64,000 bases of DNA from Candidatus Blackburnbacteria bacterium (GTDB lineage Bacteria; Patescibacteriota; Microgenomatia; UBA8517; UBA10165). This document shows positions 8,396 to 17,025 of this stretch, piece by piece. The position numbers were made by a program, and so were the translations under genes. A model generated the notes under the pieces. It saw only the letters and a list, made by a program, of their open reading frames with translations. It searched no databases and was not told the origin of the DNA. Numbering within the stretch: the first letter of the stretch is position 1; every line of letters starts with the position of its first letter. Where the stretch lies: positions 48,196-112,195 of the forward strand of contig JACPEJ010000001.1 in the NCBI GenBank assembly GCA_016183565.1, written 5' to 3'.

Positions 8396-9829
8396 ATGAC
8401 TATGAATAACCAAATTAAATGTCCCTACTGCAACAAGTCGTTTGAGCCAACTGACGCTTATAAGCATGAACTAGAAGAAAAGTTACTTAGTGAAACTCAA
8501 CAAAAGCATCAGGAGGAAATCGATAAATTAAAGCTTGAGAAGCAAGAGCTTAGTATTGCCAAGGATAAAGAGTTAGAAGAAGCCAAGAAGCAGGTGGCTG
8601 AAACCGTACGCACAGAGGTTGAGAAAGAGATCAAACAAGAGTTACAAGACAAGATGGATGCGACTCAGGAACAAGCTGAAAATCAGGCGAAACGAAACAC
8701 CAAACTGCAGGAACAACTTGAAGAACAAACTAAGCTTGTGGGTGAAATGAAGAGTGAAAAAGATAAACTCCGCTTAGCACATGAGCAGGAGTTGGAAGAA
8801 ACGAAAAAGAAAACAACAGAAGCAGTTCGCCAGGAAGCCGAAAATAAGATAAGGAAAGAATTCGAAGTAAAGGTGGCATCAAGCCAAGAGGAGGCACAAG
8901 AGAGAGAAAAGCAAAATCAAGAGCTTCAAAAACAAACTGTTGAGCTCATGAAGCAACTGAGAGAATCCAAAGACGCAGAGGGTAAACTGAAAATTCAATT
9001 TGAGAGGATGTTGCTTGAAGAACAAGACAAAATCAAACAGGACGCGAAAAAGGAAACTGAAGATGCCTGGAATTTGAAAATGGCGGAAAAAGACAAACAA
9101 CTAGAAGATGCTCGCAAAGTTAATGTGGAATTACAAAGAAAACTTGAACAAAAATCGCAACAACTCCAAGGTGAAGTGCAAGAACTAAAGTTGGAAGAAC
9201 AACTCAAAGGTGAATTTCTCTTCGATGAAATAAGTGAAGTTCCCAAGGGTAGGGGCGGTGCAGATACAATCCAGGTGGTAAGAACCCAGTCAGGAGTTGT
9301 CTGTGGAACGATAGTCTGGGAGTCAAAACGGGCCCAAAGATGGGATCAAAAATGGATACAAAAGCTTCTTGATGATCAGCGTGCGGTTAAAGGAGATCTG
9401 GCTGTGTTAGTTTCCAACGTTTTCCCTGATTCTGTTAAAGGGTTTGGGATGGTTGAGAGTATTTTTGTTACAGATCTACCATCTGCACTTAGTGTCGCCT
9501 ACTTATTAAGGCAACAGCTGATGAAGGTACATTCAACCCAGATTGCCAACAGTGACAAGACAACGAAGGCAGAGATTGTTTATAACTATTTGATCAGTAA
9601 CGAATTTAAACAACGGATTGAGGTTTGGGTTGAGTATTTCAGAGAGAGGCAGGAAAAAATAAATAAAGAAAGAGTCTATTTCATCAAAAAATGGCAGGAA
9701 GAAGAAAAAAGTATTCATAAGGTTATCGCTACAACTTCTGGGATTTATGGTGATTTACAGGGATTGATCGGAAATGCTTTACCTAAGGTAGGTTATTTAG
9801 AGTTGCCGGATTCTGTAGAAGAAAAATAA
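8396..9829 (+). CDS. DUF2130 family protein (N-terminal CxxC, long coiled coil, C-terminal PD-(D/E)xK-like domain)
   Basis: IKCPYCNKSF; SQQLQGEVQEL; EVPKGxxGAD; GTIVWESKR...WIQKL. Confidence 0.88.
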   Translation: MTMNNQIKCPYCNKSFEPTDAYKHELEEKLLSETQQKHQEEIDKLKLEKQELSIAKDKELEEAKKQVAETVRTEVEKEIKQELQDKMDATQEQAENQAKRNTKLQEQLEEQTKLVGEMKSEKDKLRLAHEQELEETKKKTTEAVRQEAENKIRKEFEVKVASSQEEAQEREKQNQELQKQTVELMKQLRESKDAEGKLKIQFERMLLEEQDKIKQDAKKETEDAWNLKMAEKDKQLEDARKVNVELQRKLEQKSQQLQGEVQELKLEEQLKGEFLFDEISEVPKGRGGADTIQVVRTQSGVVCGTIVWESKRAQRWDQKWIQKLLDDQRAVKGDLAVLVSNVFPDSVKGFGMVESIFVTDLPSALSVAYLLRQQLMKVHSTQIANSDKTTKAEIVYNYLISNEFKQRIEVWVEYFRERQEKINKERVYFIKKWQEEEKSIHKVIATTSGIYGDLQGLIGNALPKVGYLELPDSVEEK

Positions 9830-9847
9830 TTAAAATAGACATTGAAT

Positions 9848-12800
9848 ATGAGCAATTCTTCACCACCACTCCAGACAAAATTACTCCAAAGAGCAAAAAA
9901 TAGCGATGAGTTTAATTTGTATGTGGCGGGTATAGAATGGGATCTTATTGAGCCAATTGTCATTGAAGACCGTGACGATATGCACTCCGAAAAGAAGTGG
10001 AGTGAGTTGTTGGAGCCATATTACCACCAAGTTACGAACCTGATTACATTTTGCCGTAGATTGCCAGTTACTTTATTAGCTGATGATGTTGGTTTAGGTA
10101 AAACAATTAGTGCTGGATTGGTGACAAGTGAATTAATGGCTCGTGGCAGAGTAACAAAAATACTTATTGTTTGTCCTAAATTATTAATGTTTCAGTGGAA
10201 GGAAGAGTTAGAAACTAAGTTTGGTATATCTTCCGTTATTGCTACTGGCAGAGACTTAATTAAAGCTACTCCACCAGGAGAGTTGGGAGCAGTGATAACT
10301 ACTTATGATTCTGCCCGTCTCCATCTCGATAAAATTTCTGACGTTGGTTACGAAATGTTGATTTTAGATGAAGCTCATAAGCTGCGAAATTTGTATGGTA
10401 TTGACCCGCCTCCTAAAAGAGCGGTTCGTTTTAAGCAAGCACTAGAAGATCGATTATTCAAATATGTTCTCATGCTTACTGCTACGCCGATTCAAAATAG
10501 GCTGTGGGATATTTATTCTCTAGTTGACTTACTGACTACTGCAAGGGGGCACGAAAATCCTTTCGGGAATCCGGGGATTTTTGCCCGCAGATTTATTGCG
10601 GACGCCAGGACAAAAGCCCGTCAATTAGTGCCATCAATGAAAGATGAGTTTCGGTCAATTGTCTATGGCTATATGTCACGGGTGAGACGAGCAGACGCAA
10701 ATCTTTATTTTCCTGAAAGAACTGTGCAGCTTCACAAGGTCACACCGACCCCTGACGAATTGAAGTTAATTGACATCATTGCTGAGCCAATTCAAAAGCT
10801 GAATCGTCTAGCACAAATCTCAATCCTCCAAGCACTCACAAGTAGTCCTCATGCTTTGTCAGCTCAATTAAAAAATATGGCGCGCAATGGAACCATCCCG
10901 GAGTCGTTATCATTGGAGGTTAGCGCTGTCGTTGAAAATATGAATGGCTCGGCAAAACTAAAAGGCCTCAGTACTCTTATTGACAAACTTGAAACTGAAA
11001 GACCGAATGATTGGAGATTAGTTATTTTTACTGGTCGTCGTGAAACTCAAACCACAATTGAGGAATTTTTGGGGAAACGAGGAATTACTTGCGGGCTAAT
11101 CAATGGAGATTCTGGGTTAAGGAACCAAGAAACTATAACTCAGTTTAAACAAAAACCTCCGGACATTCATGTAATTGTCTCAACAGAAGCTGGAGCTGAG
11201 GGTATAAATCTTCAAGCTGCTAATGTACTGGCTAACTACGATTTGCCGTGGAATCCAATGATTGTTGAACAAAGAGTAGGTCGGATTCAGAGGTTGGCCT
11301 CCGAGCATGCAAAGGTAAGCATTTTCAATATTATCTTGTCAAATACATTTGAAGAATACATCGTTGCTAGGCTTATGGAAAAACTCCAAATGGCCTCACA
11401 GGCAATTGGTGATGTTGAAGCAATGCTTGAAGCATCCGGGCTGGACGAGGATGAAAATGGATCGGTTGGTTTTGAGGAAATGGTAAGGCGACTTGTTATC
11501 GATTCTTTGGCAGGTAAAGATGTAGAAGTAGCAACAAAAATCGCTAGTGAAAGCATAACGAAGGCTAAGACTAAACTTAAGGAGGAACAAAAAAACATCA
11601 GTTCTATGTTAGGTACTATGGGGGATGCTTCTGAGTTTGGTCCTCGATGCCCAAGTTTACCGAAGCTAAATCACTCCATGGATATACGTGATTTTGTTTT
11701 GACTGCTCAAGAAGGCTTTGGTGCAAAAATAACTCCCCAATCTAAGGGAATATATTTTTGTGAACTTAATGATGAAAAAGAATCAATATATTTTGAGGAA
11801 AAAGATAACGGTCGAATAGACGGGGTGTTGTACGCGCAAGGTACATCTGCCTTTGAACGTTTGGTAAGTAAAGTAATTAGTAAACGACTTCACGATGTTG
11901 AAGATCTGGACAAAGATCTTGAATTAAACACGCAAGAAACCATACGAGGATGGGTCAGCAGTTTTAATGGTGCATTTAAAGAAACAGAAACAAACAAAGT
12001 CTGGAACTGTTTTGAAGGGACAGCTCTTATCAGGGTTCGTTCAACTGTAGCGCATGATAGTTATGAACGATTAGTTAGCATCGAATGCTTGTCCAAAGAT
12101 CATAAGATAGAAGTCAGACCAAAGAATCTCAAGCCCTTGGGAGAATTTATTGATGGACACTTAGGAGTTGGTGTGGTCCCAGACCAGTTGGTTGAAAAGG
12201 CAATGCTTGATGAAGGGATAGATGAATTTTGTCGTTTTTATAAAGAGAGAATGGTTCAGGAAGTGGTTGCTGCAGGCAGTGATTTACGCAAGAAAAAGAA
12301 ACTAGAAGATGAATTTACACCAAGAGTGGAAATGAGCTTAGTAGGATTGGTTGGCACGATGCACCGCCAATTACAAGTCGATGTTGCATACGATATTGAT
12401 TCCATTGCTGAGTATAAGAGCTCAATACTTGTTTTGCCTTTTAAAAAGGAGGTAATTGAAGCGCCAGTTTTGTACAAATGTGAATCAACAGGAGAGGAAG
12501 CCCCTCATGATTGTCTGGGCATATGTGATATTAGTGGACGTAGAGTACTACGTCACTTACTTGTAAGTTCTGAAGAAAGCGGAAGGAAAGCTCTGCCTGA
12601 ATATATTAGAACATGCGCTCTTTCAGGCAAAAAGGTTCTAAGTGATGAAATCGAAAAGTCAGCAATCACAGGCGAATCCGTTACAAGTTCTCTACTTAAA
12701 ACTTCAGCTTTAAGTGGCAAACGTGCAGAACTAAAGTTCTTTGGAACTTGTGAATTCACCTCTGCAGAAGTTCTCGAGGATGAATTGGCAATAAGCCAGA

Positions 12801-13552
12801 TTTCAGGAAAAAAATACAGAATGGATGAGCAACTTCAGTCTGTAGTTTCTAAGAAGACTGGTCATAAACAAGAATTTATTTTTTGTGCTGAGACGGGACA
12901 ACCTCTGTTGTCAACGGAGACAGAGACATGTGAGCTAACTAAAAAGGTTGTTATTCCCGGCCTACTTGAAACGTGTGAAGTATCTAAGAAAAAAGTTCTA
13001 CCTGCAAAGCTAGAAAAATCAGCACTTTCAGGCAAAAAAGCACTCAAGAAATACTTTGTATCAAGTAGTATTTCAGATGCACGACTACTTGAAGGAGAAG
13101 CAATTAGGTCAGTTGATGGCAATTTCTGTTCTCCTTTGGAGGCTAAAAGGTGTTCGTGGAGTGATCGAGAATGTCATTCGGATGATTTAAAGATTTGTAA
13201 TTTAACAGGTCTTCCTATTTATCTAGAGTATGTGACTAGGAAGAAACCGAGTCGATTAGAGCCACTTGTTGACCTCTTGGGAAATATCAGAAGGACGGCT
13301 GACGAGGGGGAGACTTGGGTAGCAGTCGCAGAGAAAGCTTCAACAATTCTCAAGATGAAAGGTTGTAAGGTGGAGTCTGCAGTTCTATCTCCAGATAAGG
13401 GAAAATTGGCGGTATGTATAGAGGTAAAGACTTGGTTGGGTTTGAAAGTTCGCTATGCGGGGTTGGTTTTTCTGATAAAAGATGAAGAAGTCATTGGGAA
13501 GATATCTTTAGGTAGACGCGAAAAAGGAAACTGGTTAATGGAGAATTCTTAA
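9848..13552 (+). CDS. SNF2-family helicase with long C-terminal extension containing 17 tandem 15-aa Cys/Ser repeats
   Basis: LADDVGLGKT, DEAH, LTATP, STEAGAEGINLQ, YDLPWNP, QRVGRIQR motifs; repeats at 12479-13240. Confidence 0.9.
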   Translation: MSNSSPPLQTKLLQRAKNSDEFNLYVAGIEWDLIEPIVIEDRDDMHSEKKWSELLEPYYHQVTNLITFCRRLPVTLLADDVGLGKTISAGLVTSELMARGRVTKILIVCPKLLMFQWKEELETKFGISSVIATGRDLIKATPPGELGAVITTYDSARLHLDKISDVGYEMLILDEAHKLRNLYGIDPPPKRAVRFKQALEDRLFKYVLMLTATPIQNRLWDIYSLVDLLTTARGHENPFGNPGIFARRFIADARTKARQLVPSMKDEFRSIVYGYMSRVRRADANLYFPERTVQLHKVTPTPDELKLIDIIAEPIQKLNRLAQISILQALTSSPHALSAQLKNMARNGTIPESLSLEVSAVVENMNGSAKLKGLSTLIDKLETERPNDWRLVIFTGRRETQTTIEEFLGKRGITCGLINGDSGLRNQETITQFKQKPPDIHVIVSTEAGAEGINLQAANVLANYDLPWNPMIVEQRVGRIQRLASEHAKVSIFNIILSNTFEEYIVARLMEKLQMASQAIGDVEAMLEASGLDEDENGSVGFEEMVRRLVIDSLAGKDVEVATKIASESITKAKTKLKEEQKNISSMLGTMGDASEFGPRCPSLPKLNHSMDIRDFVLTAQEGFGAKITPQSKGIYFCELNDEKESIYFEEKDNGRIDGVLYAQGTSAFERLVSKVISKRLHDVEDLDKDLELNTQETIRGWVSSFNGAFKETETNKVWNCFEGTALIRVRSTVAHDSYERLVSIECLSKDHKIEVRPKNLKPLGEFIDGHLGVGVVPDQLVEKAMLDEGIDEFCRFYKERMVQEVVAAGSDLRKKKKLEDEFTPRVEMSLVGLVGTMHRQLQVDVAYDIDSIAEYKSSILVLPFKKEVIEAPVLYKCESTGEEAPHDCLGICDISGRRVLRHLLVSSEESGRKALPEYIRTCALSGKKVLSDEIEKSAITGESVTSSLLKTSALSGKRAELKFFGTCEFTSAEVLEDELAISQISGKKYRMDEQLQSVVSKKTGHKQEFIFCAETGQPLLSTETETCELTKKVVIPGLLETCEVSKKKVLPAKLEKSALSGKKALKKYFVSSSISDARLLEGEAIRSVDGNFCSPLEAKRCSWSDRECHSDDLKICNLTGLPIYLEYVTRKKPSRLEPLVDLLGNIRRTADEGETWVAVAEKASTILKMKGCKVESAVLSPDKGKLAVCIEVKTWLGLKVRYAGLVFLIKDEEVIGKISLGRREKGNWLMENS

Positions 13553-13563
13553 AATTAAAAAAT

Positions 13564-14229
13564 ATGCAAAACTCATATCTTCATTCTAGGTTAAGTTCAA
13601 TTCAGAAACAGTTAATTGCTCATCACGAAGGAGGAAGCCCTAGCTCTACCTCTAAAGGAAGAGAGCGAGAGGATTTTATCAATAGTTATCTTGAAAAGAT
13701 AATGCCCCCAGTGTTTCGCTTTGGTTCTGGAGAGGCAATTGATGCGAATGATAAAGTTACAGGTCAACTTGATTTGGTTGTTGAGTATCCATTGTTTCCT
13801 AGCCTTCACCAACCAGGTGGAAAACCCAGACTGTATGTTGCCGAAAGCATCGCAGCAGTCATAGAAGTAAAATCTGATTTGAGTACCCAGTGGGAAGAAG
13901 TTCTTAGTACAGCTAAAGCAGTAAAAGATCTTTACCGCGGTTGGGGAGGAAATATCTTGATTGGTGACGAAAGATTCGCAAAAACTATTCCAGTGTTTGC
14001 AGTAGGTTATGAAGGATGGGCAAAGGAAGAGACGGTGCAATCAAAGCTGATTGATAGCGGCGTTGACGCAATTTTGGTAATAGACCCTGGTATTTTTGTT
14101 GCAAATGAATTGTTTAGTCTAAAGAAAAGTTTTCAGGGGCCTTGGGCTCTTTGGGGATTTTTTACTTGTTTATATTTAGCTTTTGATTCAATAAAAGTTT
14201 TACAAGCTGATTTAGAGAATTACGCCTAG
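13564..14229 (+). CDS. DUF6602-like putative PD-(D/E)xK nuclease
   Basis: KGREREDFI..L...P...GxxID...GQLDLVV...ESIAAVIEVKSDL pattern. Confidence 0.75.
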   Translation: MQNSYLHSRLSSIQKQLIAHHEGGSPSSTSKGREREDFINSYLEKIMPPVFRFGSGEAIDANDKVTGQLDLVVEYPLFPSLHQPGGKPRLYVAESIAAVIEVKSDLSTQWEEVLSTAKAVKDLYRGWGGNILIGDERFAKTIPVFAVGYEGWAKEETVQSKLIDSGVDAILVIDPGIFVANELFSLKKSFQGPWALWGFFTCLYLAFDSIKVLQADLENYA

Positions 14230-14234
14230 GTAAT

Positions 14235-14391
14235 TTAAGAAAAATTGGTCAGGAATCGGTTGACCTCCTTCACCGTCCACTCCGCCTACGCCAAGGCTTC
14301 GGCGGACACGTCCGGATACTCCCCTCCAGAGGCGGGCGGGCAGCTCGCTGACCCAATCAATTCGTCCAAAATCATACCATCGTTCGAGCCA
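14235..14391 (-). repeat. att-like / conserved protein-tail segment, copy 1 (two palindromic inserts)
   Basis: After removing inserts reads WLERWYDFGRIDWVSELEYPDWTVKEVNRFLTNFS*; homologous to 16783-16921. Confidence 0.75.
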
Positions 14392-14760
14392 AGAAATTAG
14401 ATACGAACTCGGATTTTGAAGATGAGTTCGTATTGTCTTCTTTGGCTCCCGAATTAAAACCTTCGCAAACCCCGAAGGAGAACAAGTTCCCTACGGGGCA
14501 TGCTTTTGAAATCATTTTGCCAAATCTGATACACAAATCCAAAACCCTCCTTCGCGTAAAGCTATGAAAGGGCAAAGAGCGAAATCTGAAATGATGCGCC
14601 CCGCCACTATTTTTCTGGGGCAAAGGAGGCGGGGCGACGGACTCGTGAGCGCGCAGGAGCGAGGTCTCGGGGAGGCCCTCCAGAGGCGGGTAAAAATCCG
14701 CGCGGGCTTCGGCTTTCTTTTTTGAAAAAATCGGCGGATACAAATTGAGAAAAGATTAGA
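14392..14760. other. GC-rich non-coding segment packed with hairpins and palindromic micro-elements
   Basis: Hairpin gatacgaactc/gagttcgtatt; elements ccccgaaggagaacaagttccctacggggc and ccctccttcgcgtaaagctatgaaagggc; exact 15-bp repeat ccctccagaggcggg at 14322 and 14676. Confidence 0.65.
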
Positions 14761-14824
14761 TTCATGTTAGTCTAGTTGTGAGAGTTAAGTTCAACGCTCA
14801 TACTTATACTATCATACAAAAAGC

Positions 14825-15220
14825 ATGGAGCAAACTGTGCAAGGTGCGATGAATAGGGCAAAAAATGCTTTCAAGGACTGCGACTTTTCTTTTGGATTAG
14901 AGAGTGGGCTTATAGAAGTTCCAAACACGAAAAGTGGATATATGGATATTACAATGTGTGCCATATATGATGGCAAAAATTTTCACTTAGGCGGGTCTTC
15001 TGCTTTTGAATATCCAAAATCTATGATTGATTTGGTTTTTAGCAAAGATTATGACATTGATGAGGCGGCAAAAGAAGCCGGGTTTTCCCATGATGAAAAT
15101 ATTGGCGAAAGAGAAGGAATGATAGGTGCTCTTACGAAGGGACGGCTAAATCGAAAGGGATATAGCAAGCAGGCAGTAATAACTGCTCTTATACACCTTC
15201 TTAATCCAGAGCATTATTAA
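14825..15220 (+). pseudogene. YjjX/DUF84 inosine/xanthosine triphosphatase, N-terminally truncated
   Basis: TVQGAMNRAKNA, GLESG, GMIGALTKG..R motifs; the N-terminal GSxNPxK segment is missing. Confidence 0.75.
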
Positions 15221-15229
15221 AATAAATTT

Positions 15230-15619
15230 ATGAACTACAAAGGCGTAATAATCGAGGAAAGTTTAGAGAATAAAGGCATTCTAAAAGATGTCAAAATTTT
15301 AGAGACAAAGGTTGAAGAAGTTGTAGAGGAACACAAAACTCCTTGGATAAAACAATGGACTTTACATACCGTTGAAATTCCAGAAAATCAAGCAAAAGAT
15401 GTCGCAGAAAAATTAAGCAAAATACTAGACTCTGAACATAACTGGTATGCTGATTTCAAAAATGATTCTCACCATTACATCATTTTCCGCGACAAAGTTT
15501 TTTATATTGACCGAAAAAGTAAGGAACAATACGACGAAGCGAAACGCTATGGTATTTCTCTCGAAATACCAGAATATCAAGTAGATTTTGCTCCCGACGA
15601 TAAAATTTGGGAAAGATAA
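15230..15619 (+). CDS. Hypothetical protein (IIEESL...WYADF...IPEYQVDF family)
   Basis: 129-aa ORF in tight operon spacing with coding-like composition. Confidence 0.7.
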   Translation: MNYKGVIIEESLENKGILKDVKILETKVEEVVEEHKTPWIKQWTLHTVEIPENQAKDVAEKLSKILDSEHNWYADFKNDSHHYIIFRDKVFYIDRKSKEQYDEAKRYGISLEIPEYQVDFAPDDKIWER

Positions 15620-15621
15620 TT

Positions 15622-15897
15622 ATGACAACAATTCATAAAAAAGTTTGGCGAGAATATTTTGACAAAATTGTTTCCGGCAAGAAAAAGTTGGAATTACGCC
15701 TTGCTGATTTTGAAGTAAATGAGGGCGACACTTTAGTTTTGGAGGAATGGGACAAGGATAAAAAAGATTATACTGGACGAAAGATTGAAGTTGTCGCCAC
15801 CTATATTCTCAAAACCAAAGGTCAAACTTTTTGGTCGCCGGAGGAAGTTGAGAAATATGGTTTCCAAATTATTCAATTTGAGCCAAAGGAAAAATAA
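15622..15897 (+). CDS. ASCH/PUA-like (DUF3850) protein
   Basis: KKVWREYFDKIVSGKKKLELRLADF...GDTLVLEEWD...YTGR. Confidence 0.8.
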   Translation: MTTIHKKVWREYFDKIVSGKKKLELRLADFEVNEGDTLVLEEWDKDKKDYTGRKIEVVATYILKTKGQTFWSPEEVEKYGFQIIQFEPKEK

Positions 15898-15899
15898 TT

Positions 15900-16205
15900 A
15901 TGGACATCAAGCAAAAAACGGCAGAAACCTACGACAAAATTGCTTCCGGCTACAGCGCAGGACATTTTGCTCATTTTTGGATTGAAGAATTTGATTTTTA
16001 CAAAAACATTACTGACGGTAAAAAAGTCATTGACCTTGGTTGCGGAGCCGGACGAGACGCCGCCGTTTTTGTAGAAAATGGTTTTGATTACACTGGCATA
16101 GATGCTTCGGAGGCAATGCTAAAGGTAGCAAGTGAGAGAGTGGCAAAGGGGAAATTCCAAAAAATGGATTTCAGCAGAACCATTTTCCAAGTAGCTTGTA
16201 GGTAA
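15900..16205 (+). pseudogene. Class I SAM methyltransferase, C-terminally truncated
   Basis: VIDLGCGAGRD, GIDAS..ML motifs; ORF ends soon after motif III. Confidence 0.75.
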
Positions 16206-16274
16206 CTGTAGCTAAATGTAGGTAATTGCAGGTAAAAGTTTTCACTGCCACTGAAAACTTTTTTGCTAACCCTT

Positions 16275-16745
16275 TTAATTCAACACCACAATCGCCGCAT
16301 TTAGTATGGTAGCAAAGCTGACCCACAAGAGGTACGGCACCAGTAAATAAAATGCTAGTGTTGATAACGGATAAAACTTTTTCATTGTTACCACAATAAG
16401 TACCCACATCGCCACAATTACGATCAATCCCAAAAACGGTGCTCGCAGTCCAAAGAAAACTGGTGACCAGATAAAGTTAAGTCCCAGTTGGGCCAGAAAA
16501 AACAAACCTGCAGTCTTCATCTTCTTTTTCTTCCACCCCTGCTTCCAAATCAAATAAAAAGCCACGCCCATCAGAAAGTACAAAAGCGTCCAAACCGGTC
16601 CAAAGATCCAATTAGGGGGAGCAAAGAAAGGCTTATTCAAGGTGGCGTACCAAATAGGGATAGCAGAGATGGTAAAAGGAGTTCCTAAGAATCCAACTAA
16701 TTCACAGCCAATCACGGAAACAATAAGTTTGGGCAAGTCTTTCAT
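16275..16745 (-). CDS. tspO: TspO/MBR family tryptophan-rich sensory protein
   Basis: WYATLNKPFFAPPNWIFGPVWTLLY, LNFIWSPVFFG, PYLLWVSFA. Confidence 0.95.
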   Translation of the reverse strand: MKDLPKLIVSVIGCELVGFLGTPFTISAIPIWYATLNKPFFAPPNWIFGPVWTLLYFLMGVAFYLIWKQGWKKKKMKTAGLFFLAQLGLNFIWSPVFFGLRAPFLGLIVIVAMWVLIVVTMKKFYPLSTLAFYLLVPYLLWVSFATILNAAIVVLN

Positions 16746-16782
16746 CTGCCTTTAGTATGAAACAAATTCGGCAAGAGAGCAA

Positions 16783-16921
16783 TCAATATTGCAGAAACCT
16801 CCCTACTTCCTTCACCGTCCACCCCCGCCTGCAACGCTATGCGTCGCATTGCGGGCAGGTCCGGATACTCCAACTCCGTTACCCAATCAATTCGTCCGAA
16901 TTCTTCCCATCGTTCGAGCCA
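16783..16921 (-). repeat. att-like / conserved protein-tail segment, copy 2 (one palindromic insert)
   Basis: After removing insert reads WLERWEEFGRIDWVTELEYPDWTVKEVGRFLQY*; adjacent 16916-16955 resembles tRNA 3' flank 7121-7160. Confidence 0.75.
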
Positions 16922-17025
16922 GATGGGACGGGAGGGCAACAAAGAGTCCTTTTGTCCCGTAACATTCCGGGTTTTAGTGTTAAAATCCTCACGGGAAAAT
17001 GCCTCTGTTTTGGTATAATTGGAGT

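Larger units (their letters stand above)
7124..16955. mobile_element. Composite genomic island integrated at tRNA-Asn 3' end (two tandem modules, integrase not present)
   Basis: Starts at tRNA 3' end; excisionase-like HTH, KilA-N and nuclease/helicase cargo; 7121-7160 is a degenerate direct repeat of 16916-16955; internal att-like copy at about 14390. Confidence 0.65.

Noticed and set aside
14372-14743. 123-aa minus-strand ORF
   Set aside because: Runs through stacked palindromic inserts; no coding-like composition
14825-16205. Classical integron
   Set aside because: No intI and no attC (RYYYAAC...GTTRRRY) sites between the genes
16742-16942. 66-aa ORF as given
   Set aside because: Only the WLERW...YPD part is conserved; the rest is frameshifted read-through caused by the palindromic insert
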